Of a stretch of DNA of 64,000 nt, positions 37,324-46,832 are shown in pieces. The stretch is from Candidatus Thermofontivivens primus (GTDB lineage: Bacteria; Sysuimicrobiota; Sysuimicrobiia; Sysuimicrobiales; Thermofontiviventaceae). The translations under genes and the position numbers were made by a program. Every line of letters starts with the position of its first letter. Positions within the stretch are counted from its first letter, which is position 1. Location: NCBI GenBank assembly GCA_031458695.1, contig JAVKJW010000002.1:1-64000 (forward strand), given 5' to 3'. The notes under the pieces are model-generated. The model had not been told where the DNA came from and did no database searches. It saw nothing but the letters and a program-made list of their open reading frames with translations.

Positions 37324-37492
37324 CCCACCTCCTGACCATTTCCACCAATCCCCAATTTCCCAGTACCCCGACAAAAGTTCTTGACTTTCTCCGGCGCCAG
37401 TGGGAGGAATTTTCCCTGGACATCGCGAACCTCGGGGTCTAGCTTTTGCTCTCATTTTCTGGATAGAAACCCTGGACCTGAGGTGATCGCGG

Positions 37493-39958
37493 GTGCGCTT
37501 CGAGACGAACTATGGCGGTTTCTCAGAGGACGGGCAGGAATACATCATCAAAACCTGGGATGTCCCCCGACCCTGGATCAACTACCTCACCAATGGGAGG
37601 TTTTGTTCCCTCGTCTCCCAAACAGGAGGGGGGTATGCCTTTTTAGAGAGTTCAGGGTACCACCGCCTGACCAGGGGAGATCCCCAGGACATGGTGCTCG
37701 CCGACCCGCTGGGGCGGTATATCTACCTCTACGACCGAGAAACGGGACAGTGGTGGCGTCTCACCGGTCCCCAGGTTGGATACCCCGTGGAGCGATGGGA
37801 GACACGCCATGGCTTCGGATATACCCAGATCCTCCACCGCCAGCGGGGGATCGAGGGGACCGTTACCTTCTTCGTCCCCCTTGAGGACGACGTGGAGGTT
37901 TGGATGGTCCATCTGGCCAATATTGGGGACCGGCCTCGCCAGTTGAGCCTCTTCACCTACGTGGATTGGTGCCTTGGAGACTACCAGGCGGACCTCCTCG
38001 AGGCAGAGTTTAACAAGCTCTTCAACGTGAGCTTCGTGGAAGAAGGTATCCTCTATGCCACGAAGAGACTGTGGAGTATCCCCATGCGCGGCGGTGCGAG
38101 GCCCAACCTAGCGTGGGACAGGTATGCCTTCATGGCTGCCTCCTTCGAGGCCACGGGATTCGACCTTATCAAGGAACGCTTCATTGGCCGCTATCGTTCC
38201 GTCTGGAACCCCTTGGCGGTCGAGCGTGGGCAGTGCACCAACTCCGCAGGGAATGGCCAGGACCTCATCGCCGCGCTCCAGACAGAGATCACCCTGGATC
38301 CCCAAGAGACTTTTGCGTTCACCGTCCTTGTAGGGTCTGTCCCTGTGGGGAACCACGGGAAAGCGGCTGCGCTGCGCAAGAAGTACACGTGGGAGGGAGC
38401 AGAGGCAGAGCTTGCCCGGGTGCGGGAGAGCTGGAAGGAGTACATGGGCCGGGTCACCGTCGAGACACCCGACGATGCCTTCAACCTCTCGGTGAACTAC
38501 TGGAACAAGTACCAGGCGTGGATCACCTTCCACTGGGCACGTATGGACAGTTACTACGTCGGTGGAGGGTCCATCATCGGGTTCCGGGATAGCTGCCAGG
38601 ACATCCTCGGGGTCCTTCCCCATGATCCGCACAAGGCCGTGGAGCACCTCAAGTACATTGCGCGCCACCAATTCCGAAACGGCGGGTGTCTTCACAACTG
38701 GGACCCGGTGACCGATCTCGGGGTGGTGAGCGGGCATTCCGACGATCCCCTCTGGCTGGTTCTCGCCATCCTGTTTACGGTGAAGGAGGTGGGGGATCTC
38801 TCCCTTCTCGATACTGTGGTCGAGTTTTATGACGAGGGGAGCGGCTCCCTCTGGGAACACCTCACCCGCGCCCTCGAGTATGTGATGGCCAGGATCAGCC
38901 CTCGTGGGATCCCCCTCATTGGGGCTGGGGACTGGAACGATGCCCTCGATCATGTGGGGGTGGAAGGCCGGGGGGAGAGCACAATGGTTGCCGAACACCT
39001 CTGCTGGATGCTCCGGGAGGTGGCCGATCTGGCAGAGCGCCGCGGGGAGATCGAGCTGGCCCAGGTCTACGGGAGGATCTACAGAAAGGTCAAGGACGCG
39101 GTGAACACCTATCTCTGGGACGGAGAGTGGTACATCCGGGCCACGCGAGATGACGGGCTTCCCCTGGGGAGCCGGGAGTGCAAGGAAGGGAGGATCTACC
39201 TGAATGCCCAGAGCTGGGCGGTTATCAGCGGGATTGCTGAAGGGGAGCGCGCTCTCCGGTGCATGGATGCCGTGGCCGAACACCTGGATACTCCCTATGG
39301 TCCGGCACTCTTCCTCCCCGCCTACCACGAGCCGGACCCGGCCATTGGCATCATCACCCGCTTCTCTCCTGGGACGAAGGAGAACGGGGCCATCTTCAAC
39401 CACCCGGTGTGCTGGGCGGTGATCGCAGAGTGCCTGTTGGGGCGGGGCGATCGGGCCTACGAGTTGTGGAGGAAGACATCGTTCATCTACCGGGGCTTGG
39501 ATCCGGACCGGTACAAGGTAGAACCCTACGTCTACGCGGAATATGTCCACGGGCCGGACTCCCCTTCGTTTGGGATGGGAGAATTCACCTGGACCACGGG
39601 CACAGCGGCCTGGATGTGGAGAGCGTGCCTGGACTGGATCCTTGGTGTTCAGCCCGCGTTCGAAGGGCTCCGGTTGAACCCGTGTATCCCGTTCCACTGG
39701 AAGCGGTTTCGAGTCCGACGTCCCTTCCGGGGAGCAATCTACGAGATCGAAGTCCAGAACCCCAAGGGCTTGAATACGGGGATCCACAAGATCCGTGTAG
39801 ACGGAAAAGAGATCGAGGGGAACCTCGTTCCGGATTTCCGGGATGGGAGGGTTCATCAGGTGCACGCAGTATTGAGTGGCTCCAGTAAAGGCTCTTTCCA
39901 AGATTTGGCTCGGGACTCCGGGACCTCCTCGAAAGCAGCCCTCCGGAAACGTTCTTGA
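37493..39958 (+). CDS. GH94 glycoside phosphorylase (cellobiose/chitobiose phosphorylase-like)
   Basis: P-R-P-W-I-N-Y-L, G-F-R-D-S-C-Q-D, S-D-D-P-L-W, catalytic G-D-W-N-D, K-E-N-G-A-I-F-N-H, W-T-T-G-T-A. Confidence 0.93.
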   Translation: MRFETNYGGFSEDGQEYIIKTWDVPRPWINYLTNGRFCSLVSQTGGGYAFLESSGYHRLTRGDPQDMVLADPLGRYIYLYDRETGQWWRLTGPQVGYPVERWETRHGFGYTQILHRQRGIEGTVTFFVPLEDDVEVWMVHLANIGDRPRQLSLFTYVDWCLGDYQADLLEAEFNKLFNVSFVEEGILYATKRLWSIPMRGGARPNLAWDRYAFMAASFEATGFDLIKERFIGRYRSVWNPLAVERGQCTNSAGNGQDLIAALQTEITLDPQETFAFTVLVGSVPVGNHGKAAALRKKYTWEGAEAELARVRESWKEYMGRVTVETPDDAFNLSVNYWNKYQAWITFHWARMDSYYVGGGSIIGFRDSCQDILGVLPHDPHKAVEHLKYIARHQFRNGGCLHNWDPVTDLGVVSGHSDDPLWLVLAILFTVKEVGDLSLLDTVVEFYDEGSGSLWEHLTRALEYVMARISPRGIPLIGAGDWNDALDHVGVEGRGESTMVAEHLCWMLREVADLAERRGEIELAQVYGRIYRKVKDAVNTYLWDGEWYIRATRDDGLPLGSRECKEGRIYLNAQSWAVISGIAEGERALRCMDAVAEHLDTPYGPALFLPAYHEPDPAIGIITRFSPGTKENGAIFNHPVCWAVIAECLLGRGDRAYELWRKTSFIYRGLDPDRYKVEPYVYAEYVHGPDSPSFGMGEFTWTTGTAAWMWRACLDWILGVQPAFEGLRLNPCIPFHWKRFRVRRPFRGAIYEIEVQNPKGLNTGIHKIRVDGKEIEGNLVPDFRDGRVHQVHAVLSGSSKGSFQDLARDSGTSSKAALRKRS

Positions 39959-39978
39959 GGTCCCCCGAGGGAGGAAGA

Positions 39979-40581
39979 ATGAGCTCCGAAGAGGTGCTGG
40001 TCGTCTCTCGGGAACGTCTCTTTGTGCACGGTCCCTTCCACGGGCTATGCAGAGAGGGTCTTCAGGACTACCTGCAGGCGATCCAGGCTCACGGGGAGTT
40101 CCGTCGGCGCGACCTTGTCGAGGATGACCCTTCCTACAAACAGATCATCCCCTACCTGGTGGTGCATCGCAACCGGGAAATCTTCCTCTTCCGCCGCTTG
40201 GACCAGGGGGATGAAGCCCGGCTCGTTGGACGGTACTCCATTGGTGTGGGTGGGCACATCAACCGGGAGGATGTGGAAGGGTCGGAAGATGTGATCCTGG
40301 CTGGGCTCAGGCGTGAACTGTTAGAAGAGCTCCACATCGAAGGGGAGTGGAGGGCGGATCTTCTGGGGGTCCTCAACGATGACACAGAACCTGTGGGCCA
40401 GGTGCACTTCGGTCTTGTCTATTTTATCGATGTAGGAGATGCCCGTGTTTCCGTGCGGGAGGTAGATCGGTTGGAAGGAGAGTTTGTGGCCGTGGAGATG
40501 CTGGAGCGGTATCGGGAAGGCATGGAAAGCTGGTCCCGTCTCATCTTGGAAAGGGTGGACCTTCGAAAAATAGAGAGGTAA
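39979..40581 (+). CDS. NUDIX-family phosphoesterase-like protein
   Basis: E-D-D-P-S-Y-K-Q-I-I-P-Y, S-I-G-V-G-G-H-I-N, R-E-L-L-E-E-L, V-G-Q-V-H-F-G, E-S-W-S. Confidence 0.85.
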   Translation: MSSEEVLVVSRERLFVHGPFHGLCREGLQDYLQAIQAHGEFRRRDLVEDDPSYKQIIPYLVVHRNREIFLFRRLDQGDEARLVGRYSIGVGGHINREDVEGSEDVILAGLRRELLEELHIEGEWRADLLGVLNDDTEPVGQVHFGLVYFIDVGDARVSVREVDRLEGEFVAVEMLERYREGMESWSRLILERVDLRKIER

Positions 40582-40582
40582 G

Positions 40583-41524
40583 GTGGGGAAGACTCTAGAG
40601 GTGATCAACGCCATTGACAAAACTGAGGTTGTTGTAGAAGCGCCTTCTGGCTATGACCTCAGGCGTACGCTGACCTGCGGGCAGGCTTTTCGCTGGCGCT
40701 GGGCAGGGGATGTGGCGACAGGGATCGTGGGGAAGGCTATGGTGGAGGCTCGGCAGCAGGGGCGGATGGTCTTCCTGCAGGTGAATCCCGGGACTGCGCT
40801 CCCGGCCGTCCTCCACTACCTTGCTCTGGATGAACCTCTCCACGCAATTGAGGAGGAACTCTCACACGACAAGGTCCTCCGTGCACTCCTTCCGAAGACC
40901 TCCGGGATCGTCCTGTTGCGCCAAGACCCCTGGGAGTGCTTGGTGAGCTACGTCCTCTCCAGCTGGAACAACATCCCAAAGATCACCTATTCCCTGGAAA
41001 GGCTGGCCAGGGAGCTTGGGTCACAGCTTGCCCCAGGGTTCTATTCCCTCCCAGGTCCTGATGTGCTTGCGAGGGCATCCCACGAAGTCCTCCAGAGGTG
41101 CTCCGTGGGATACCGCGCATCTTACCTCCAGGGGATTGCCCGGGCGGTGGCAGAAGGGGAGATCGCGCTCCACAGGATCGGGGAAAGGCCGTTCCAGGAA
41201 TCCCGGGATGCGCTCCTGCGCCTTCCAGGGGTGGGCCAGAAGGTTGCCGACTGCGTTCTTTTATTCGCGTATGGATACAAAGAAGCGTTTCCTGTGGACG
41301 TCTGGGTGAAGAGGGCGGTTGAGCTTCTTTACTTCAACGGGCGGGTGCTGCGACTACGGGAGATCCAGGAATTCGCCAAAGAGAAGTTTGGCCCTCTCGC
41401 AGGGTACGCCCAACAGCACCTATTTACGTATGCGAGGATTTTCCTCCGTGGCCCCAATCCTCTTATGAGCCCACTGGAGGAAGTCAGGGAAGGACTTCAA
41501 CCGTCCCATCGCCAACGCGGATGA
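40583..41524 (+). CDS. 8-oxoguanine DNA glycosylase (Ogg1-like, HhH-GPD)
   Basis: C-G-Q-A-F-R-W, Q-D-P-W-E-C-L, L-P-G-V-G-Q-K-V-A-D-C, F-P-V-D-V-W, A-G-Y-A-Q-Q. Confidence 0.92.
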   Translation: MGKTLEVINAIDKTEVVVEAPSGYDLRRTLTCGQAFRWRWAGDVATGIVGKAMVEARQQGRMVFLQVNPGTALPAVLHYLALDEPLHAIEEELSHDKVLRALLPKTSGIVLLRQDPWECLVSYVLSSWNNIPKITYSLERLARELGSQLAPGFYSLPGPDVLARASHEVLQRCSVGYRASYLQGIARAVAEGEIALHRIGERPFQESRDALLRLPGVGQKVADCVLLFAYGYKEAFPVDVWVKRAVELLYFNGRVLRLREIQEFAKEKFGPLAGYAQQHLFTYARIFLRGPNPLMSPLEEVREGLQPSHRQRG

Positions 41525-42533
41525 TCTCCCCGATGCGCCAGGCGTTGACGTCCCTCTGCTGGAGGGCCGTGGCGAAGGCTTCCGCCCTGGCCTTTGGTAC
41601 CGCAACGAGAAGGCCTCCGGAGGTCTGGGCATCGTAGAGGAGGATCTGCTCCTCTTTCTCAATCGCCGGGTGCCAGCGCACCTTCTCCCGCAGGAAGTCC
41701 CTGTTCCGGTAGGTCCCCTCAGGGATTATTCCTTCCCTGGCGAGCATGCGGGCTTCTCCCAGGACGGGGATGCGGCTGTGGAAGAGGACGGCGCACACTC
41801 GGCTCGACGTCGTCATCTCGATGAGATGACCAAGGAGCCCGTATCCCGAGATGTCGGTACACGCGGATGCCCCAATCCCCACCATCGCTTCACTGGCCTG
41901 GCGGTTTAGGGTTGCCATGATCCGCGTTGCCGTCTCGACGGTCTCTGGCGAGGTCTTCCCATGCTTGATCCCCGTGGTGATGATCCCCATTCCCAGAGGT
42001 TTGGTGAGGAAGAGGACATCTCCGGGCTTGGCTCCCGCCTTCGTGATCAAGCGGGTGGGGTGGACAATTCCGACCACAGCCATCCCGTACTTTGGCTCAG
42101 GGTCGTCGAGGGTATGGCCGCCAATGACTACTACGCCAGCTTCCTTGGCTTTCTCCGCGCCCCCTCTCAGGATCTCCCCCGCGATGTCGAGGGGGAATGC
42201 TCCTCGGGGGAAGGCGAGGATGTTCAGGGCAAGGAGGGGACGGCCACCCTTGGCGTAGACATCGCTGAAAGCATTCGCTGCAGCGATCGCCCCGTAGCTC
42301 CTCGGGTCATCCACCACCGGGGTAAACACATCTACGGTGAACACAACTGCCACCTCACCCGTGAGACGGTATACCCCCGCGTCGTCAGCGTTCTGGAGCC
42401 CCAGGAGGATGTTGGGGTCGCTGAACTCAGGGAGATAGCGCAGCAATTGGGCTAGGTCCGCCGGACCCAGCTTGGAAGCTCAACCTGCGCAGGCGACCAT
42501 CGTTGTGAGCCGGATCCGTTCCCGCTCGGTCAT
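41484..42533 (-). CDS. selD: Selenide, water dikinase (selenophosphate synthetase), selenoprotein with Sec at codon 18
   Basis: GGAGG RBS + ATG 42533 gives MTERERIRLTTMVACAG-TGA(42480-42482)-ASKLGP in frame with D-D-A-G-V-Y, G-G-H-T, T-K-P-L-G, D-A-Q-T-S-G-G-L-L. Confidence 0.95.
42451..42471 (-). promoter_or_regulatory. Putative bacterial SECIS hairpin
   Basis: GCTGGGTCC-GGC-GGACCTAGC starts 9 nt after the in-frame TGA; G-containing apical loop. Confidence 0.7.
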
Positions 42534-42709
42534 CTGGGTACCTCCTACGTGGGTTCCTCGTTCGCAAGGAACGCTTCCCCCAGCGTAATGACGGAGAGGA
42601 TTTTGCTGGGGCTTAATTCCGCAAAACAAGCCTAAATCCCTCTTGATCCCCCTTCCGCTCTCTCCTACGGCCTGATATTATGGATGGGTGGAACAGGGGG
42701 GATGGGGCG

Positions 42710-43627
42710 TTGAACCTGCACCAGCTCAAGATCTTCCATACTGTAGCGAAGCTGGGGAGCTTCTCACGGGCGGCAGAGGAACTGAACATTAGCCAGCCTT
42801 CGGTGAGCATCCAGGTCGCCGATCTGGAACGCTCCTTGGGGGTGGAGCTCTTTGAACAGATTGGTAAACGGATTTGCCTCACCGAGGCAGGGCGCATCCT
42901 TGATGCGTATGCTCGCCGGATCCTGGCCCTGGTGGAAGAAGCCAACGAGGCCATCGAAGAGTTGAAGGACCTCCACAGGGGGCACCTCGCCGTAGGTGCG
43001 AGTACCACTCCAGGAATCTACTTGGTCCCGAGGGCGCTTGGCGAGTTCCGGAAGCGCTACCCTGAGGTTGAGATCCGCTTGGAGGTCGGGTCTCCCCCTC
43101 GCATTCAGCAGTTGCTCCTCTCGAACGATCTGGATCTCGGAGTGATGGCTGGACAGCCTGGAAGCCGCGACCTCGTTGCTGAGCCGTTCCTAGAGGACGA
43201 GCTTGTTGCCGTTGTGCCTCCGCGCCACCGCTTGGCGAGCCAAGGGGTGGTGAGGGCGGAGGATTTCCTCCAGGAGACTGTCTTGCTCCGGGAGAGGGGT
43301 TCGGAGACACGGCAGGTGGTCGATGAAGCCCTGCGCCAGAGGGGGATTCATCTCCCTAAAGTTTTGGAGATGACAAGCCCTGAGGCCATGAAACAGGCCG
43401 CCGCGAGCGGGCTGGGCATCGGTCTCCTATCTAAGTACACGATTCGCCTGGAGGTTTCTGCCGGCTTGCTCGTGGTCCTTCCTATCGCAGATCTCCCTAT
43501 GCGCCGCTCATTCTTCCTCGTGCGACACAGGGACAAGCGGTTGAGCCGTGCAGCCCAGGTTTTCGTCGAGATTCTCAAGGCCATGCACCCTCAAGAGACG
43601 CTCGTAGGCACGCCCGCAACGGAGTGA
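42710..43627 (+). CDS. LysR family regulator (CysL/selenium-associated-like), divergent from selD
   Basis: S-F-S-R-A-A-E-E-L-N-I-S-Q-P-S-V-S HTH, G-A-S-T-T-P-G, R-E-R-G-S-E-T-R; start TTG 42710 or ATG 42680. Confidence 0.92.
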   Translation: MNLHQLKIFHTVAKLGSFSRAAEELNISQPSVSIQVADLERSLGVELFEQIGKRICLTEAGRILDAYARRILALVEEANEAIEELKDLHRGHLAVGASTTPGIYLVPRALGEFRKRYPEVEIRLEVGSPPRIQQLLLSNDLDLGVMAGQPGSRDLVAEPFLEDELVAVVPPRHRLASQGVVRAEDFLQETVLLRERGSETRQVVDEALRQRGIHLPKVLEMTSPEAMKQAAASGLGIGLLSKYTIRLEVSAGLLVVLPIADLPMRRSFFLVRHRDKRLSRAAQVFVEILKAMHPQETLVGTPATE

Positions 43628-43647
43628 CATGAAGGGAGCTAGATCCC

Positions 43648-44067
43648 ATGAGCTCTCTGGCGTTTGAGGTGTTCGATCACACGGCGGACATCGGGATCAT
43701 CGCCTACGGGAGCGATCTCCCTGAGTTGTTTGCGAACGCCGCCAGGGGGATGTTCTCCCTCCTGCTCGATCTCGACACCGTCGTCCCGCGGGAAGAGCGT
43801 GTTGTGGAGGTCGAAGGGATCGATCTGGAAGGACTCCTAGTCTCCTGGCTCAACGAACTCCTCTACCTGTACACTGCAGAGGGGCTCGCCCTTTCAAGGT
43901 TTGACATCCTGGAACTCAGCAATAGCCGCCTCCGGGCTCGCGTCAGGGGAGAACGTGCAGATCCCTCCCGCCATCACCCTCACCTGGACATCAAGGCAGC
44001 GACCTATCACCAACTGGAGATTAAGGGGAACGATACCTGGCGCGCGCGCATCATCTTCGATATCTGA
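43648..44067 (+). CDS. Archease
   Basis: D-H-T-A-D-I-G, W-L-N-E-L-L-Y, I-K-A-A-T-Y-H, C-terminal F-D-I. Confidence 0.93.
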   Translation: MSSLAFEVFDHTADIGIIAYGSDLPELFANAARGMFSLLLDLDTVVPREERVVEVEGIDLEGLLVSWLNELLYLYTAEGLALSRFDILELSNSRLRARVRGERADPSRHHPHLDIKAATYHQLEIKGNDTWRARIIFDI

Positions 44068-44127
44068 GTTGCCCCCAGGAAATCCTTCCTACCGAAATTT
44101 CCCTGTGGCCCGATCACTCGCCACCTC

Positions 44128-45252
44128 TTATCGTTCCTGTTGGACAAGCCGGAGACGTTGTTCTGGGAATATCGGCAGATGCTCCACAGCAACTGTGTAG
44201 AGGAAGATCCCTAGGGCAACGATGCCCGCGGTGATAGCAACCTCCATCCAGCTTGGCAGATAACGTGTCCCTGCAGCTGCCCACATTCCGATGATAGCGA
44301 CGTTGAGCCGGTTGAGCACAACCCCAAGGACGACGAGCGAAGAGGACCACAGCAACCCCCGAACGCTCCGTCTCACGTCGGGGATCGCAAGGAGGAACGC
44401 TGGAAGCACAACGCCGAGGAGCAGTTCAAGCCAATACATCATGCTCTCCACCGTACCTGCGAATACCCAGGTGATGCTTCCTCCGGTCCCCAGAGCGTAT
44501 AGCTTGAGGAGGAGGTAAATTCCCAGAATCACAGGGATCACGGAGGCAAGTTCCCCGAGCAGTTCTCCCTCAGGCTGGCGTCGGTAGGCACGTGCGCTCA
44601 CGAGGGCCTCTAGGATCACCATGGCCGGGGCGACGGCGAGCGCGGAGACAAAGAAGAGGATTGGGAGGAGCGGAGTATACCAAAGCGGGTGGAGCTTCTC
44701 TGGAACGATGAGGAAAAGGGCCCCCAGGGAGGACTGATGAAGAGTAGAGAGGATGACCCCTGCGATGACCAGGGGCACCGTAACCGCTCTGATGATCTTT
44801 CGAGGTCGCTCCATCCGAAGTCTCTCAAACACTGCAGGGCTGAACTCAAGCGCGAGGACCGTGGTGTACAGCATCACGCACCAGGCGACCTCAAACATCA
44901 CTGATCGGGGGTTCCACATGATCATGGGATGCCAGATGCGGTAAGGCCTGCCCAGGTCCACCAGCAGGGCAAGGATGACGAGGATGTACCCGAGGAACGC
45001 CGTGAGGATCGCAGGCCGCAGGAGAGGCTCGAAGCGCTTGAGGTTGAACACGTACACTGCAGCGGCCATGGTGAACCCGCCCGCAGCCAAGGCAACCCCC
45101 ACGAGCACGTCGAACCCAACCCATAGCCCCCAGGGGAAGCGGTCACTGAGGTGGGTCACAGCTCCCAGGCCTCGCGCGAACCTAACCCCGGTGACGGTAG
45201 CGCCAAGAAGGATGAGGGCTAGGAGGATCGCCTTCCCCGGCGTAAGCTTCAT
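44128..45252 (-). CDS. NrfD/PsrC family membrane subunit (HybB/HmcC-like)
   Basis: P-W-G-L-W-V-G-F-D, D-L-G-R-P-Y-R, S-V-M-F-E-V, L-S-T-L-H-Q-S-S-L-G, N-R-L-N-V; about 10 TM segments; ATGA overlap with the upstream gene. Confidence 0.92.
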   Translation of the reverse strand: MKLTPGKAILLALILLGATVTGVRFARGLGAVTHLSDRFPWGLWVGFDVLVGVALAAGGFTMAAAVYVFNLKRFEPLLRPAILTAFLGYILVILALLVDLGRPYRIWHPMIMWNPRSVMFEVAWCVMLYTTVLALEFSPAVFERLRMERPRKIIRAVTVPLVIAGVILSTLHQSSLGALFLIVPEKLHPLWYTPLLPILFFVSALAVAPAMVILEALVSARAYRRQPEGELLGELASVIPVILGIYLLLKLYALGTGGSITWVFAGTVESMMYWLELLLGVVLPAFLLAIPDVRRSVRGLLWSSSLVVLGVVLNRLNVAIIGMWAAAGTRYLPSWMEVAITAGIVALGIFLYTVAVEHLPIFPEQRLRLVQQER

Positions 45253-46187
45253 GCTGCCTTCCTCCTTTCCACTGCCACCTCGATGCGTTCCACCTCCACT
45301 CGCCTCTGAGACAGCCACTGGACGAAGCTCAGGAAAGCTCCAAGAAGCACAACCAACCCTGGAATCTTGGAGAGACTCTTCCAGGTGAGAGCGGGGAGCG
45401 GCTCCTTAGGAAGGTTAGGAAACCCCAGCTCTTGGAAGGGGACATCGGCGAGGTAGAGCATGGACGTCCCGCCCACCTCGTGTTCTCCGTAGATATAGTT
45501 GAAGTACCGGGCGGGATCTCCCTTGATCCTCTCCCGTGCCTCCCTGAGGAGTTCCTCACGATCTCCGAACTTCAGGGCCTCCGCAGGACAAGCTTCCACG
45601 CAGGCTGGCTTCTTGCCAGCGGCCAGCCTTCCTGCACAGAAGTCACACTTGGTGATGCTGGGAAGCGCCTTTGCCCATTCGAATCTCGGCACACGGAAGG
45701 GGCATGCCATCATGCAGTAGCGACAGCCAATGCAGCGACTTGCATCATAGATGACAGGTCCTTGAGGGGTCTTTCGCAGGGCAGCTACGGGACAGGCCGA
45801 TGCGCAAGCTGGGTCGAGACAATGCATACACTGATACTTGTAGGAGCGCTCCTGGAGTCTTCCTTCCCCCAGGACAAGGTGGGGTTTCGGCTCCGCGATG
45901 GGTCGGAAGAACACGTTGGTCAAGGTGGTCGGGGAGAGATCCCCTGTCTCTTCCGGAGGTAGACCATGTGCCTCCTTGCACGCGGCCACACAGGATTTGC
46001 ACCCGATGCACCGGGCCGTGTCAATGAGGATTGCTTTCTCCCTGACGAGGGGAGCCTTCGCAACTGCACGGCTGGAAAGGACCCCGCCCGCTGTCAAGAG
46101 GATCAAGCCGCCGAGTCCTTTCCTGACGAACTCCCTTCGCGTGATTGCGTGTACACTTCCACCTGTCCTGTGGCGCCGCTGATCCAT
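45249..46187 (-). CDS. Tat-exported 4x[4Fe-4S] protein with C-terminal anchor (HybA/HmcB-like)
   Basis: T-R-R-E-F-V-R signal, CIGCKSCVAAC, CMHCLDPACASACP, CIGCRYCMMACP, KCDFC...PACVEACP, Y-I-Y-G-E-H-E-V-G-G-T. Confidence 0.93.
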   Translation of the reverse strand: MDQRRHRTGGSVHAITRREFVRKGLGGLILLTAGGVLSSRAVAKAPLVREKAILIDTARCIGCKSCVAACKEAHGLPPEETGDLSPTTLTNVFFRPIAEPKPHLVLGEGRLQERSYKYQCMHCLDPACASACPVAALRKTPQGPVIYDASRCIGCRYCMMACPFRVPRFEWAKALPSITKCDFCAGRLAAGKKPACVEACPAEALKFGDREELLREARERIKGDPARYFNYIYGEHEVGGTSMLYLADVPFQELGFPNLPKEPLPALTWKSLSKIPGLVVLLGAFLSFVQWLSQRRVEVERIEVAVERRKAA

Positions 46188-46199
46188 AGACCTCCCCCC

Positions 46200-46529
46200 T
46201 TACCGAACCAGATACCAGTACAGGGCGAGGACAAACCCCGTGAGCCCAAGAACAATGCTCCCCAGGATGCATCCGCCAGTACATTCTGAGAGCCCAGTTT
46301 GAGGAGTAGGGCTGTGGCGGATCTGCCATCGTCCGGCGAGCCCGAAGGCGATCGCCAGTAAGGCCAGCGCGCAGTTCACCCCCGGGATCCAGCAGAGGCG
46401 AAGGGCGGTCAACCCGAGCATGAAACTCGCAGATGCCAAACTGTTCATGGTTGGACCTCGGATGGGGACGATCTCCGCCTCTTTCCTTGCTGTGAATTCC
46501 TCAAGCACATCTCTTGCAACCATGGACAT
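46200..46529 (-). CDS. Small membrane protein, DUF4190-like
   Basis: GGAGGTGAGG RBS + ATG 46529; N-S-L-A-S-A-S-F-M-L-G...L-A-I-A-F-G-L-A-G-R-W-Q-I...G-x-I-L-G pattern. Confidence 0.65.
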   Translation of the reverse strand: MSMVARDVLEEFTARKEAEIVPIRGPTMNSLASASFMLGLTALRLCWIPGVNCALALLAIAFGLAGRWQIRHSPTPQTGLSECTGGCILGSIVLGLTGFVLALYWYLVR

Positions 46530-46832
46530 TTTCCTCACCTCCAGCTCCACCATAACCCCTGGAAGGTGGGCGGACCATTCGGCGGGATCCCGATTTGGGC
46601 TTACCAGAGGACCGATCTTTGGGAAGAAGGGGATGTACACTCCAGAAGGCGAGAGTTCTAGGATAGACTGGTAGGAAACCTCAGGGGAGAAGGTGAAGAT
46701 GCCTTACAAGAAACCTGGTGAGGATACCCCACAAAATGTCCTCAGGAAGACCTACTCAAATGATTCCCGAGGGCACCTGCAAAAGGTTTTCAAACCTCTC
46801 GAAGAATCCCGGCAGAAGATTGCTATGGCCAG

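Noticed and set aside
37343..37372. CACCAAT CCCCAAT TTCCCAGT heptamer-like run
   Set aside because: Only three or four degenerate units with irregular period; cannot be separated from chance.
38108..39901. 597-aa ORF antisense to the GH94 gene, and similar long antisense ORFs (e.g. 17154-18266, 26581-27696, 52446-53471)
   Set aside because: Shadow frames of GC-rich genes; no recognisable motifs, and they overlap well-supported CDSs.
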